Source of the DNA: Myxococcota bacterium
Lineage (GTDB): Bacteria; Myxococcota_A; SURF-8
Direction of reading: 5' to 3'
NCBI GenBank assembly: GCA_963674735.2
Contig: CAXXQS010000001.1
Span: 896,001 to 960,000 of the forward strand
DNA length: 64,000 nucleotides
The notes below the pieces were generated by a model. The model made no database searches. It saw only the letters and a program-made list of their open reading frames with translations, and was not told the origin of the DNA. Within the stretch, counting starts at the first letter, position 1. Every line of letters starts with the position of its first letter. The translations under genes were made by a program, and so were the position numbers. This document shows, in pieces, positions 1-9,627 of this stretch.

Positions 1-846
1 GTCGAAAAGTTCCTGGGGGATGATCGGGGAGTGGACACCGTTGTACGTCTTGCCATGGTGCGAAACTCTACCGACATAGACCGGATTGGTAAGCATGTTG
101 ATAACCGCCGGCTTGCAGTATGGTGTGCCACCGTGGGCTTTTCCCCGCCTACTGACAGTCTTGGGTGAGACGATCCCTTTCTCCCGTAAATGCTTGTGTA
201 CCTTCCCCGCACTTCCCAGCTCCACGCACTTCTCGTAAACATCATGAAGCAGGAGGTCGGCTTCGTCCTCATTGATGACGAGATGGCCCTTGTGGTTGGG
301 GTCCACTTTGTAGCCGAACGGTACATGCCCACCATTGAAGAGGCCTTCACGGGCACGGTGGGCCATGGTGTCGGCGGTGCGCTCCGCCGTCAGTTCCCTT
401 TCGTACTGGGCGAAAATCATATGCACACCCATAAAGGCCCGGCCCGAGGCACTGCTTGTGTCGAATTGTTCTTTTATCGAAATGCAGTCTGTCCCCAGTT
501 CGTTGAGGCGTTCCAGCAGTCGGTAGAAGTCAAGGATGCCCGCACGGCTGAGACGATCGAACTTGGCTGCGACCACAGTATTGATCCGCCCAGCCTCTAC
601 ATCCCGCATCATTCGTTGGAACTCCGGTCGATTAAAGTCTTTTCCGGACTTGCCTTCATCTCTATAGCGGTCCACGATGACCCATTCAATATCGGGATTG
701 AGATCCTGGTTGAGCTTAATCTGCCGCTCCATCTGATCGAACTGGGTATCGAGGCCACCGTGGTCCACACGAGCCTGCCTATCCGTACTCACACGTCCGT
801 AAAGCGCGCAGAGCTTTCGTTTCTTGATCTTTTTCTTCTTGGCCAT
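1..846 (-). CDS. Large serine recombinase (resolvase plus recombinase domains), truncated by the window edge
   Basis: Not in the ORF track because there is no stop in the window. My translation from ATG 846 (RBS AAGGAGG) gives MAKKKKIKKRKLCALYGRVSTDRQ...DEGKSGKDFNRPEFQRMM...KFDRLSR...FAQYERELTAERT...GGHVPFGY...MLTNPVYVG, with the catalytic YxRVS and DRLSR motifs. Confidence 0.93.
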   Translation of the reverse strand, partial: MAKKKKIKKRKLCALYGRVSTDRQARVDHGGLDTQFDQMERQIKLNQDLNPDIEWVIVDRYRDEGKSGKDFNRPEFQRMMRDVEAGRINTVVAAKFDRLSRAGILDFYRLLERLNELGTDCISIKEQFDTSSASGRAFMGVHMIFAQYERELTAERTADTMAHRAREGLFNGGHVPFGYKVDPNHKGHLVINEDEADLLLHDVYEKCVELGSAGKVHKHLREKGIVSPKTVSRRGKAHGGTPYCKPAVINMLTNPVYVGRVSHHGKTYNGVHSPIIPQELFD

Positions 847-903
847 CTTACATCCTCCTTCGATGCGTATAGATAGTATTGGTATGCCATCACATTATCA
901 ATG

Positions 904-1092
904 TCAATCCCTTTCCTCTTCTTTCGCCTCCTCGTCTTCATCAGGGTCGATCCCGACCAGTTCCGCCAGCCCACCAGCCAGCATGTCGAGAAAGCTCCGG
1001 CGTGTATTGTTAAAGCTTTGCTTTTTCTCTTTGACGCAGGAACTTTCTGATTCTACTATCTCACCTTGAATCTTGATCTTCGACTTGGGCAT
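904..1092 (-). CDS. Small protein upstream of the recombinase (possible directionality or accessory factor)
   Basis: GGAGG RBS, 62 aa, co-directional with and immediately upstream of the recombinase. Function is inferred from position only. Confidence 0.5.
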   Translation of the reverse strand: MPKSKIKIQGEIVESESSCVKEKKQSFNNTRRSFLDMLAGGLAELVGIDPDEDEEAKEEERD

Positions 1093-1197
1093 GACTGCCT
1101 CCTAACCTGTTGAACACAGGCAGGATTTCAGCAAGGCAGATCGGAAGTGGCTGGTAATGTTACAGGAAGAAACTGGGAAGGAAAGAATGCTGTATTT

Positions 1198-2703
1198 TCA
1201 TACTGTTAGGTAGTACTTTGCTTCGATAATGAAGCAATAAGAAACAGAATTCTCAGGTGAGAACCAATACTCATAATCCTGGTGTTCTTCAAGAATTGCC
1301 CTTCGAAATTCGAACAATCGATATTCTTCCTCTTTGTTTCGTTTTGCAATACCATCTATCTTTGCTCGCATATTCGTGAATTGCTTACGTTTGGCATCTC
1401 CCGTACTTCCTACAAGACAACGAGTTCGAGCCGGTTTTATCGGGCCAGCATTCTCCTCATAGAGCTTCAGATACTCGAAGAAGATTTCTGCCTCCGATGG
1501 AGTAAACTCTACTTGGGGCTGTTGATTCCGACCCTTCTTTTTACTGACCCAGCTCTTTTCTTTGTACCGAACCATGAAATGCTCAAACTCTTTCTCCCGA
1601 GCGACAATCTCATCGACTTCGTCCTCAGTCATCAGAATCCAAGGCTTTCGTCTGGTTTTATGAGTGAAGCAGACAGCTAAGGGCTCACCCAAAACAAAAG
1701 ATCTGGAGTCATCCACGTCAGGGTCTCTTTCCCTGATTTTTTCAGAAACTGCTTTGTAGAAGGCTTCTGGAGTTTCAAAGTTTGTTGGTACAGGTTGGAG
1801 AGTTACTTTATCGATATCCGGGTTATTGTCTAGTATGGCGCTTGTCAATGTAGGCCGGATGATTAGCAATTCCTCTGGTCTCCAATCATAAACCCAAATA
1901 CCATCCAATTTACATTCGATCATTTTGCTCTTTCGGATCGTAAAACGCCGGAAATCTGCTTCTTTGAAAGAGCAGTTATTAAATCGACTTTCATAGGCAT
2001 TCGCATCGTTCCAGATCGATCTGATAAATGAGCAGCTTGTGGACGTCGCCTGATTCCACTGACTGGCAGTCAAGTTGGCTTCGTCGAAAATTACATCTTC
2101 CAGTGTAGCATTGGCAAATTCTGCTGAAGGTAAATCAGCACCCAAAAAACGACTCTTATTGACTTGGCCTCCTATCCATTTACTATGGCCAGCCTGGATA
2201 CTCTCAAAAACGCATTCACCAATATCGCAACCTGAGAAGTTTGTCTCATAGAGGTCAGCAAACGCGAAATTGGAGCGATGCATTTCCGCTCCATTAAAAG
2301 AAACCTCACTCATGGAAGCATGTTTGAAATGACACGCATTTTTGAATAGCACGTTTTCAAATGAAGCTTGCCCCTGAGATGCAGCCACATGATCGAACGC
2401 AACGCAGTTCAATTCTGAACGTTCGAATCTGACATTTCTGAACCATGCACCTACAAATGAGACATTCTTTAGCTTGGCGCCAGTGAAATTCACTCGACGT
2501 AACCAAACACCAGAACGATTAGCGCGAGAGGTGCTTGCGTCAGCTTTGGCCGGCACAGTGAAGTTTGCTCCCTCAATAGTTTTTTCAGACAGGTCCAGAT
2601 CTTCTATTACAACCCGGCTTTGTTTTGCTATCCAAGTGTTCCATTCTTCGATTCGACCATTTTGTAACAGGTCAGTCGGTGGTTGTTTTAATTTCTTTTC
2701 CAT
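1198..2703 (-). CDS. Pentapeptide repeat protein with an unknown C-terminal domain
   Basis: Long run of A(D/N)(L/F)xx-type repeats (GADLPSAEFANATLEDVIFDEANLTAS), preceded by a G...EWNTW cap. Confidence 0.85.
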   Translation of the reverse strand: MEKKLKQPPTDLLQNGRIEEWNTWIAKQSRVVIEDLDLSEKTIEGANFTVPAKADASTSRANRSGVWLRRVNFTGAKLKNVSFVGAWFRNVRFERSELNCVAFDHVAASQGQASFENVLFKNACHFKHASMSEVSFNGAEMHRSNFAFADLYETNFSGCDIGECVFESIQAGHSKWIGGQVNKSRFLGADLPSAEFANATLEDVIFDEANLTASQWNQATSTSCSFIRSIWNDANAYESRFNNCSFKEADFRRFTIRKSKMIECKLDGIWVYDWRPEELLIIRPTLTSAILDNNPDIDKVTLQPVPTNFETPEAFYKAVSEKIRERDPDVDDSRSFVLGEPLAVCFTHKTRRKPWILMTEDEVDEIVAREKEFEHFMVRYKEKSWVSKKKGRNQQPQVEFTPSEAEIFFEYLKLYEENAGPIKPARTRCLVGSTGDAKRKQFTNMRAKIDGIAKRNKEEEYRLFEFRRAILEEHQDYEYWFSPENSVSYCFIIEAKYYLTV

Positions 2704-3154
2704 CGCAATTGCTCAAATCCTATGAGATGGGAACATGGAGGGAGTCTCCCTGAAGCCATGATATAAGTCTGCAAGTATGGTTCATCGCTCTCTGTATCGC
2801 TTTCTAAGCGATTGCGCAAAGTTCGTCAAAGTTTCGGATATTTATAGCATTTATGCACAGGTGTGAAAAAGAAAACTGAACACGAGTGTTTGATTTCTCA
2901 TTGTCACGCATTTTCAATGGCTTGCTACCAATGCAATATTATCGGAAAACGTTTTCCAAAACCTGGCTTCCCCGGTGTCCATCCCATCGCTCCCAGCGCG
3001 AACTCTCCACATCGCCGGCCATGGTAATTGGCCCCAACTGGCATCGGACACGGTCTGTCAGTTTCGGGTCCTCTTTGAAATCTCGATAGGCCTTCAAGCA
3101 TACGAAGACCCCGAAATAGCATTTCCACACCTGGATCCGCCAAGATCCATCCCT

Positions 3155-4030
3155 TCACGTCGCCTTCCAGGTCGCGATGTACGCCGCTTCACCTGAATGG
3201 ATGTCCGCAGGGCTGTCCATCGTCCAGTCTCCCGACAAGCCCACTATCTTCGCCGCAGCTTCCAAATGCTGCATGGCGATGCCCATGTCGATCAGCTGCA
3301 GGTCCGTGGAGGGTACCAGTCGCCGGTAACGCGGTGTGCGGGCCAGGTAGAGGTGCAGATGCTCGCCATCCACGACGATCCGCCATGGCTGCTTGTTCGA
3401 GGCGGACGGGCCGATTCGCACCATATCAAGCACCTCGACGTACTCTCCGGCTCTTTCACGGCTCAGCGGGTGCGTGAAGTCGCGGTTGAAGAAGAGCTCG
3501 GCAAAGGTCTTGCGGTTATTCGCCTTGGCGCCCCATCGGATGAGCCGCTCCACGGTCCCTTTCCGCTTGGCGGGGACCCCGAGCGCCAAGATGGCAGGCA
3601 CCCAGCTCCGATCATCCAGCCGCAATACCTGCGCGTATTCCTTGCGGCTGAAGGTGCCACCCAGCCAACAGGTGCCCAGACCCAGCCGGGTCATCTCCAG
3701 GACGATCCGTTCCATGAGATAGCCGAAGTCCACCTCGGCCATTTTGCCACGGGTCAGCGCACCGGCGATGAAATACGGCGCGCCCTTGATGAATCCGTAG
3801 GTGCCCAGCTTGACCTTTTCCTCCTTGTGCGCCTTTGTACGCTCGATCAGGGCGAAGCGGGGCGTATGGTCGAACGGGCACGCTCCCGGATCGACGAGGA
3901 TTGCCTCGACCTTCTGGCGGACCTCCGGATTCAAGGGCTGGTCGGCGTAGGTGCGGACGGACCGGCGGTGGCGGATAGCGTCGAGCATGGAGAGGTTCTC
4001 GGTTCCGTTTTGCATGAATCTGCCTTTCAC
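3155..4030 (-). CDS. Nitroreductase family protein (two-domain type)
   Basis: IRHRRSVRTY, LGLGTCWLGG, PSASNKQPWR and IDMGIAM motifs. Confidence 0.9.
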   Translation of the reverse strand: MKGRFMQNGTENLSMLDAIRHRRSVRTYADQPLNPEVRQKVEAILVDPGACPFDHTPRFALIERTKAHKEEKVKLGTYGFIKGAPYFIAGALTRGKMAEVDFGYLMERIVLEMTRLGLGTCWLGGTFSRKEYAQVLRLDDRSWVPAILALGVPAKRKGTVERLIRWGAKANNRKTFAELFFNRDFTHPLSRERAGEYVEVLDMVRIGPSASNKQPWRIVVDGEHLHLYLARTPRYRRLVPSTDLQLIDMGIAMQHLEAAAKIVGLSGDWTMDSPADIHSGEAAYIATWKAT

Positions 4031-4800
4031 ATCACGCCCAGCGCCCAGCCTTCCATCGTTTCCGCGATATGGCGTTCATTCTCGGTCAACAGCGGGTGGA
4101 AATATGTCTCCAGGCGGTCCGAGCGGTCCATCTCGGAGAGCCGGCGAGCCACAGCGTAGGCGTCGTGTTCCTGCGGGGTGCGGTTTTCTTTGGGGTACTG
4201 ACGGCTGAACATGAACGGGGACACTTCGGCGATGACCGACTTGCCGTCCGGCGGCGTCCACCCGTCAAAGGGCCAGAAATGAACCCGGTCACCTACCTTT
4301 TTGCGAATATGCGCCAGCCACGGTATGCCCGCCCATCTGATCTGGCCCATCGCCCCATAACCCACAAAGCGGAAGATGCCCTTCGCGCCCGGAGACCGGG
4401 TCTCCGTGATGCGCAACTGATCCGGCGTACCTCCCGGTGGGGGCGCGATACCTTTCTCCCACAGGCTGTCGATATAAATATCCTTGTGCGTCGGCCACCA
4501 GAGCGGGAAGTGACGCAGCATCTCACTCCAGTCCGGTAGGGTTTGCAGGTCGAACCAAGCTTGGGGGAGCGAAAAACAATGGCCGATACCGACGATGATC
4601 GGCGCGGCAGTCGTTTGTTCGATCACCCACTCGGCGATTCCCTTGCGCGACCAGTTTTGCGGACCAAAGCGATAGGCGTCCGGGGTGATGACTTTTTCCG
4701 GTTTACCGGAGTTGTCGGCGCGATAGACGGAAAGCGCTTTCAGTCGGCTTGTCGCCGTTTCCGCTCCGGCGTAGTGGATGCCGATGTAGGAGTCGAACAT
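4027..4800 (-). CDS. DUF429-like (RNase H-fold) protein, possibly catalytically degenerate
   Basis: YIGIHYAGAET, VGIGHCFSLP, HFWPFDGW, AEVSP and HDAY resemble the GIDYSGA/GIDH family. Overlaps the nitroreductase start. Confidence 0.6.
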   Translation of the reverse strand: MFDSYIGIHYAGAETATSRLKALSVYRADNSGKPEKVITPDAYRFGPQNWSRKGIAEWVIEQTTAAPIIVGIGHCFSLPQAWFDLQTLPDWSEMLRHFPLWWPTHKDIYIDSLWEKGIAPPPGGTPDQLRITETRSPGAKGIFRFVGYGAMGQIRWAGIPWLAHIRKKVGDRVHFWPFDGWTPPDGKSVIAEVSPFMFSRQYPKENRTPQEHDAYAVARRLSEMDRSDRLETYFHPLLTENERHIAETMEGWALGVM

Positions 4801-4864
4801 GGTGTCACCCGGATTTCTTGTGCTTCGGTTGTTGGACGTAAACGAAAATCATGGAAAGTATGCT

Positions 4865-6220
4865 CTACCCAAAACCCGAAAATGCTTCTCGAAGCGACTG
4901 ACATAGGTCACTTTTTCCTTTTCGAGTTCGGAGATTCAGATCCAACGCCACCGTTCGAAGGTGGATACGCTGCGGGGTGCTCTTTCCATCATTGCCCTCA
5001 AGCCAGTAGGTTTTATCCCGAACGCCATCGATTCTTGGGTACAGGAGCACCACATCGGGACATTCAAAACGCTTGGCATAGGCGTACATCTGGTACAGGT
5101 CGGATTGCTGGATGCCGTTCTTCCTGTCTTCCTCGTCGGTTTTCAGGTGTTTCCATTTGGTATCGACGATCAGGCGGACCGCTTTCTCAAACCTGATCAG
5201 CAAGTCTGGTTTCAGGCGAAACACGCGAACGTTGCCAGAGCCTTGACTATGTGTTCGCCGTAGCAGGTATTTCGTATTACCCTTTGATTGGACATGGATG
5301 TGCCTGCGCTCCAGGTTTCTCCCACCGCCCATATCGAGATTTATTTCCCGGCAATGCCGACAGAGAAATTCAGCTATGAACTCTTCGAACAGCTTCTCCA
5401 TGGGAAACAGCAGGCTGAACGTCTCCTGATTGCCTTCACGTGGAGCTGGAGATTGCCCAAGCAACACGATTCGGCAGAAGTTGACCAAGACTCCGAAACG
5501 CTCGTTGTTGCGATTCAGCCTTAAGCGCTCGAATTGATCGATGCTGATCTCAACATCCGAGATCTCGTCGAAAAGCAACAGCGCCTGGCGAAGTTTCTCT
5601 TGAGCGGCTACACCATGAGCCTGAAATAGCAGTTTGCGGCAGGCGGCCTTGAGAATCCGGTTGAGCGGCGTGTCGGAAATGAAATCGTCATAGCCTACGT
5701 AGAATCGCTCTTTGTGAACGAGGTTCTCTCGCAAATGCTGTCCGATCAGCAGTCGGCCTTTCACGCACCCCAGATTCTCTTCGCATTGTACGTACGCCTG
5801 ATCGACACCTTTTCGCAACTCTTCCAGCAAGCGGGTGGCAAAGGCGAGAATAAACGCTTCCAGCAACGGCATGCGCTCCAGATGAAGCGGGGCGTGGTCA
5901 CGGTGCTCGATGGGGAGCTGTCGTGTATAGCTGAGCATCGTCAGCAGGTTGGCCTGGGCCAGTTCCAATTCCTCTTGCTGGGCCTGTCTTTGCTTTCTGA
6001 TCAGCTTGTTTCTGTCAATCTTTGGAAGGATCTCTACCGTCAGACCTGGGATGTGTACGACACCAACGATATTTTGGGCCTTCACCGATCCTTCCCGCCA
6101 GTCGAAAATCCATTCACCGGTATCACGCGCATGCTGTCGGTCGAACCGAAGGAGCCGCTGTCGTAATTCAGGGCTCAATTCAGGTAGAAGCCCGTATTCG
6201 ATAACTGGAATGTTCTTCAT
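4865..6220 (-). CDS. mcrC: McrC family restriction endonuclease subunit
   Basis: VEILPKI, FPMEKLFEEF, LKPDLL, IVDTKWK and DLYQMYAY motifs; directly downstream of mcrB. Confidence 0.92.
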   Translation of the reverse strand: MKNIPVIEYGLLPELSPELRQRLLRFDRQHARDTGEWIFDWREGSVKAQNIVGVVHIPGLTVEILPKIDRNKLIRKQRQAQQEELELAQANLLTMLSYTRQLPIEHRDHAPLHLERMPLLEAFILAFATRLLEELRKGVDQAYVQCEENLGCVKGRLLIGQHLRENLVHKERFYVGYDDFISDTPLNRILKAACRKLLFQAHGVAAQEKLRQALLLFDEISDVEISIDQFERLRLNRNNERFGVLVNFCRIVLLGQSPAPREGNQETFSLLFPMEKLFEEFIAEFLCRHCREINLDMGGGRNLERRHIHVQSKGNTKYLLRRTHSQGSGNVRVFRLKPDLLIRFEKAVRLIVDTKWKHLKTDEEDRKNGIQQSDLYQMYAYAKRFECPDVVLLYPRIDGVRDKTYWLEGNDGKSTPQRIHLRTVALDLNLRTRKGKSDLCQSLREAFSGFG

Positions 6221-6255
6221 GGGGGTGCCGATCCTCTCATCTCACATTCCGGTGC

Positions 6256-8820
6256 TTATTCGGTCTCGACGTTCGGTGATTTGAAGAAGTCGAAATAGGG
6301 GCGAATCTTACCCTCGGATGCGCTCTTAAAAGCTGGATTCAGCATGTACGTGTTACGCTCATCATAAGCATCCACTCCGTCCATTTCTCCGAATAGCTTA
6401 GCCGGATCCTTCTTCAATTTCTGAATGATCGACGGCTGTGTCTCGCTTGCGCCGAGAAGAAGCCCCAGTTTTTCCCCGTCACCGAAGAAATACTCGTTGA
6501 GTAATGGATAAACATCGTGGACCACCACATCGCGCAGGTTTACCCATGTGTTCACATCCATGAAATATGAATGGCCGATTCGATGATCGCGATCCGAGAA
6601 GAACTCGATCCGCTCATTCAGTTGAGTGAGGAACTCGCGAGCGTCTTCATCTGCGATCACGGTAGGATCGGGGCCGATTTCCTCGAATTTGAAGCGTCGC
6701 CGGAGTGCCGCATCCAGGAAAGCGATGGACCGGTCAGCTGTATTCATTGTTCCGATCACGTGGAGGTTCGCTGGCACGAAAAAGGATTCTTTGCTGTAGG
6801 GAAGTTGGACGGTCAGTCCGCCGATCCACTCTCCCTTCTGAGCATCCCAGTGCTTGCGTTTCGAAGCTTCCGGATTGTCATTGTACTCAAGCAACGTGAT
6901 CAGCTCACCAAGCACTTTGGAGATGTTGGCGCGGTTGATCTCGTCAATAAACAAGGCGTAATCGTTTTCCGGATCCTGAATGGCAGCTTCAACCATTTGC
7001 CTGAAAATACCGGGCACGACCTCGTAAGTTACTTCCTTGCTTCCATCGTCTTGCAGTTCCACCACGGGTTTAATACCTTCCACGAAATCTTCGTAGCTGT
7101 AGGACTGGTGGAAGGTGATCATCCGGAATCGGCGCACTTCTTCTGTAACTGGGGAGTAACTGTCCAGATCCTGTTTTACCTCAAACAATTCGGGAACATC
7201 ATTCTGAAGAAGATCCTTATCAACACTCCATAACCCCTCCTTCGATTTGCTGAAAATCTGCGGCTGCAATCGTTTTCCGTATTTGACGAACTCGCAGTCG
7301 TCCACGCAGTGGGTTTGAAGCATCGCCCAAATCATGGGGCGAGGATCCTTCTGATTCATCATCCGGTCTTTAGCCAACAGCCACTCATGTGCATGGATCT
7401 GGGCGACTTTCGCTTCCCCGATGTCGAGAAGGACCAGGGCAATGACCTGCCACCACGGAATGTCGCGCAAGACCTTCTCGTAGTATTTTTCTTTGGGAAT
7501 GCCGACTCCATGGTCCGTGAATTTCGAGAAAAATTTATCTTGGAGCCGGAATGTCTTACCCGTTCCCGGCGGGCCGTAGAGGATGAGGTTGAGAGGGAGA
7601 TCAATCAATTTATTTTTCTCTTTGGTTATTGCTTCGTCTGTTTCATTATTAGGAGATTCACTAAAGAAAGATTCTAACTGTTCCGGATTGAGTATTTTTA
7701 CAGTTCGCATCCCCCAATCAGACTGAGAAGGAATGGATCCAGCCAGACTTGTATCCCATTCTACATGGACGATATGTTGGAACTTATCCCGACTAGTGGA
7801 AAATTCGTATCCCGGCTCAATAACAGTGCCAACACCAAGTATGTGTGAAATCCCTTTATTGGCAACGACTATATCGCCTGGATTCAGTTCCATCAAGGTC
7901 CAAAGTTCGTTGCCTTTTTCTGAAGTTTTGCTCTTGTTCCCTTTATACAGACTGTCGATGTATTGTCGGCTAAACTCTTCTTTGAATGGCTTCTTTGATT
8001 TATACTTGCTCAGGTCACCAACATCATCCCATCCAACGCAAATGTAACCATTATCCAGACATTCTTGCCAATACCTCCCATCATGCCCGGGAGCGATTTT
8101 CACGATGGTCTTTAACTTAAGTGGGTGACTCCAGAAATATAGAAGACGACTCAATTCTTGAGTGGACCAGCTTGCTAATGCAGGGTGTGTTTTTAAGGCC
8201 GCAAGCAGGGTTCGGTTATATTTAATTACATCGTATGTCGAATCGTTGGCTTCAGGTCTTTTCAGGAGTTCAAGGAAATGCTGCAAATGAGCTCTTGAAA
8301 AGATTGGGAGAATTTCATCCGGGAAATAGACATGAAGTGTTTTTACCTTCAACATCGGTCCGTAAGAGATTGATTCGATCTCATCGATTTCCGACCACTT
8401 CTCATTTTTTGCAAGCGTAAAGGCTTCGATAAAACCGTCTCTGATAGACTGCCAGGCTTCCTTTTCATTCTGGTATCGATTACCCGGGACGTAACACCAT
8501 TCTCTAGTTTCACGACTTTTGTAAATAATGTGCTTTCCTGAATTTCCGCCACCAATCCCACCAAGAGTCTTGCTCTTGAATTCCATCCACAAACAAAAAT
8601 GATCATCGGAATCATCAATGCCCAAGGAGTATCGATCGAGGGTCAATTTATCCCAGTTGTTTAGTGGAAAACGCTTTAGTATCTGCTGTCGTTCTTTTTC
8701 TGCACGATCTAAATCGTTTTTAATATTATCTCTGTTGAACTCAGCTATGGCTTCGTCCAAGGTTTTCACTTTAAAATTCTTCTGTTTTGGTTGACTGTAA
8801 GAACTCAAGGGCTTTGACAT
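6256..8820 (-). CDS. mcrB: McrB family AAA+ GTPase with an extended N-terminal specificity region
   Basis: [44 protein letters not shown] and IGHSYF motifs. Confidence 0.93.
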   Translation of the reverse strand: MSKPLSSYSQPKQKNFKVKTLDEAIAEFNRDNIKNDLDRAEKERQQILKRFPLNNWDKLTLDRYSLGIDDSDDHFCLWMEFKSKTLGGIGGGNSGKHIIYKSRETREWCYVPGNRYQNEKEAWQSIRDGFIEAFTLAKNEKWSEIDEIESISYGPMLKVKTLHVYFPDEILPIFSRAHLQHFLELLKRPEANDSTYDVIKYNRTLLAALKTHPALASWSTQELSRLLYFWSHPLKLKTIVKIAPGHDGRYWQECLDNGYICVGWDDVGDLSKYKSKKPFKEEFSRQYIDSLYKGNKSKTSEKGNELWTLMELNPGDIVVANKGISHILGVGTVIEPGYEFSTSRDKFQHIVHVEWDTSLAGSIPSQSDWGMRTVKILNPEQLESFFSESPNNETDEAITKEKNKLIDLPLNLILYGPPGTGKTFRLQDKFFSKFTDHGVGIPKEKYYEKVLRDIPWWQVIALVLLDIGEAKVAQIHAHEWLLAKDRMMNQKDPRPMIWAMLQTHCVDDCEFVKYGKRLQPQIFSKSKEGLWSVDKDLLQNDVPELFEVKQDLDSYSPVTEEVRRFRMITFHQSYSYEDFVEGIKPVVELQDDGSKEVTYEVVPGIFRQMVEAAIQDPENDYALFIDEINRANISKVLGELITLLEYNDNPEASKRKHWDAQKGEWIGGLTVQLPYSKESFFVPANLHVIGTMNTADRSIAFLDAALRRRFKFEEIGPDPTVIADEDAREFLTQLNERIEFFSDRDHRIGHSYFMDVNTWVNLRDVVVHDVYPLLNEYFFGDGEKLGLLLGASETQPSIIQKLKKDPAKLFGEMDGVDAYDERNTYMLNPAFKSASEGKIRPYFDFFKSPNVETE

Positions 8821-8844
8821 GGTTTCCTCACCTTATTCTTAACA

Positions 8845-9576
8845 CTAAAAACATTTCCCACCCGGCGCGTAGGCCAGCGCCGTTTCTTTTGGTTTGAAGG
8901 TGTAGCTCCCGTCCTTGAATCGATCAACGTGCCGCACGATGCGCATGGGCATTACATCCGTGAAACTGTAAAACGTCACTGTGACCGTACTACCCTTACG
9001 CGATACATTAGGTCGCCAGTCGTCTGATTTTCCCTTTTCCCAGTGCCACGCTTCAAGCATTTCCGGATCGTAGCCGAAAAACGAGTTCTTTTTGTCCATT
9101 CGAAACGGATCGGTGTCGAGCACAATGTGTTCGCCCCAGGAAATGCCGTGCCAGATTGCACCGAATTCGGCCAGTTCACGCGCTAGGATGGACGCTTCGA
9201 GATAGGAGCGCAGCGACCCGTCGCCATTGATGGCCTGCATGTAGTCGTCCAACGAACCAGGGACAATGGGCGGTTCGAGAAGAACGTCCTCCCGGCGCTC
9301 GCATGTCTCAGGATCGGGGAGTGGCGTTGATTCCGGCATGGCGTATACGAAGGCGTTGCCGTTGAATCCTTCGCGGAATTGGTAGGCGCGCAGGACGTAA
9401 CCCTCACGTACATGCAGCTTGGGGAAAGCTTCGATAAGCACTATCGGACTGGGCGTACTCTCATTCCAACCCTGCGGGCCTTCCATGTCGATTTCGCCCA
9501 AACGGTTGGCCTTATTCCGCCAGCGCTTGATTATCGTGGCGGTGAAGGATTGGGAATGAGAAGTCGTTGTTTTCAT
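8845..9576 (-). CDS. Hypothetical protein within the defence cluster
   Basis: Intact ORF with a GAGGA RBS before ATG 9576, tightly spaced between the HEPN gene and mcrB. Confidence 0.7.
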   Translation of the reverse strand: MKTTTSHSQSFTATIIKRWRNKANRLGEIDMEGPQGWNESTPSPIVLIEAFPKLHVREGYVLRAYQFREGFNGNAFVYAMPESTPLPDPETCERREDVLLEPPIVPGSLDDYMQAINGDGSLRSYLEASILARELAEFGAIWHGISWGEHIVLDTDPFRMDKKNSFFGYDPEMLEAWHWEKGKSDDWRPNVSRKGSTVTVTFYSFTDVMPMRIVRHVDRFKDGSYTFKPKETALAYAPGGKCF

Positions 9577-9627
9577 ATCCTCAACACAGTCTTCCGGCAG
9601 ACAGGTACGGAGCCCCGTCAATATTCT

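Noticed and set aside
190-876. 228-aa plus-strand ORF
   Set aside because: Antisense shadow of the serine recombinase.
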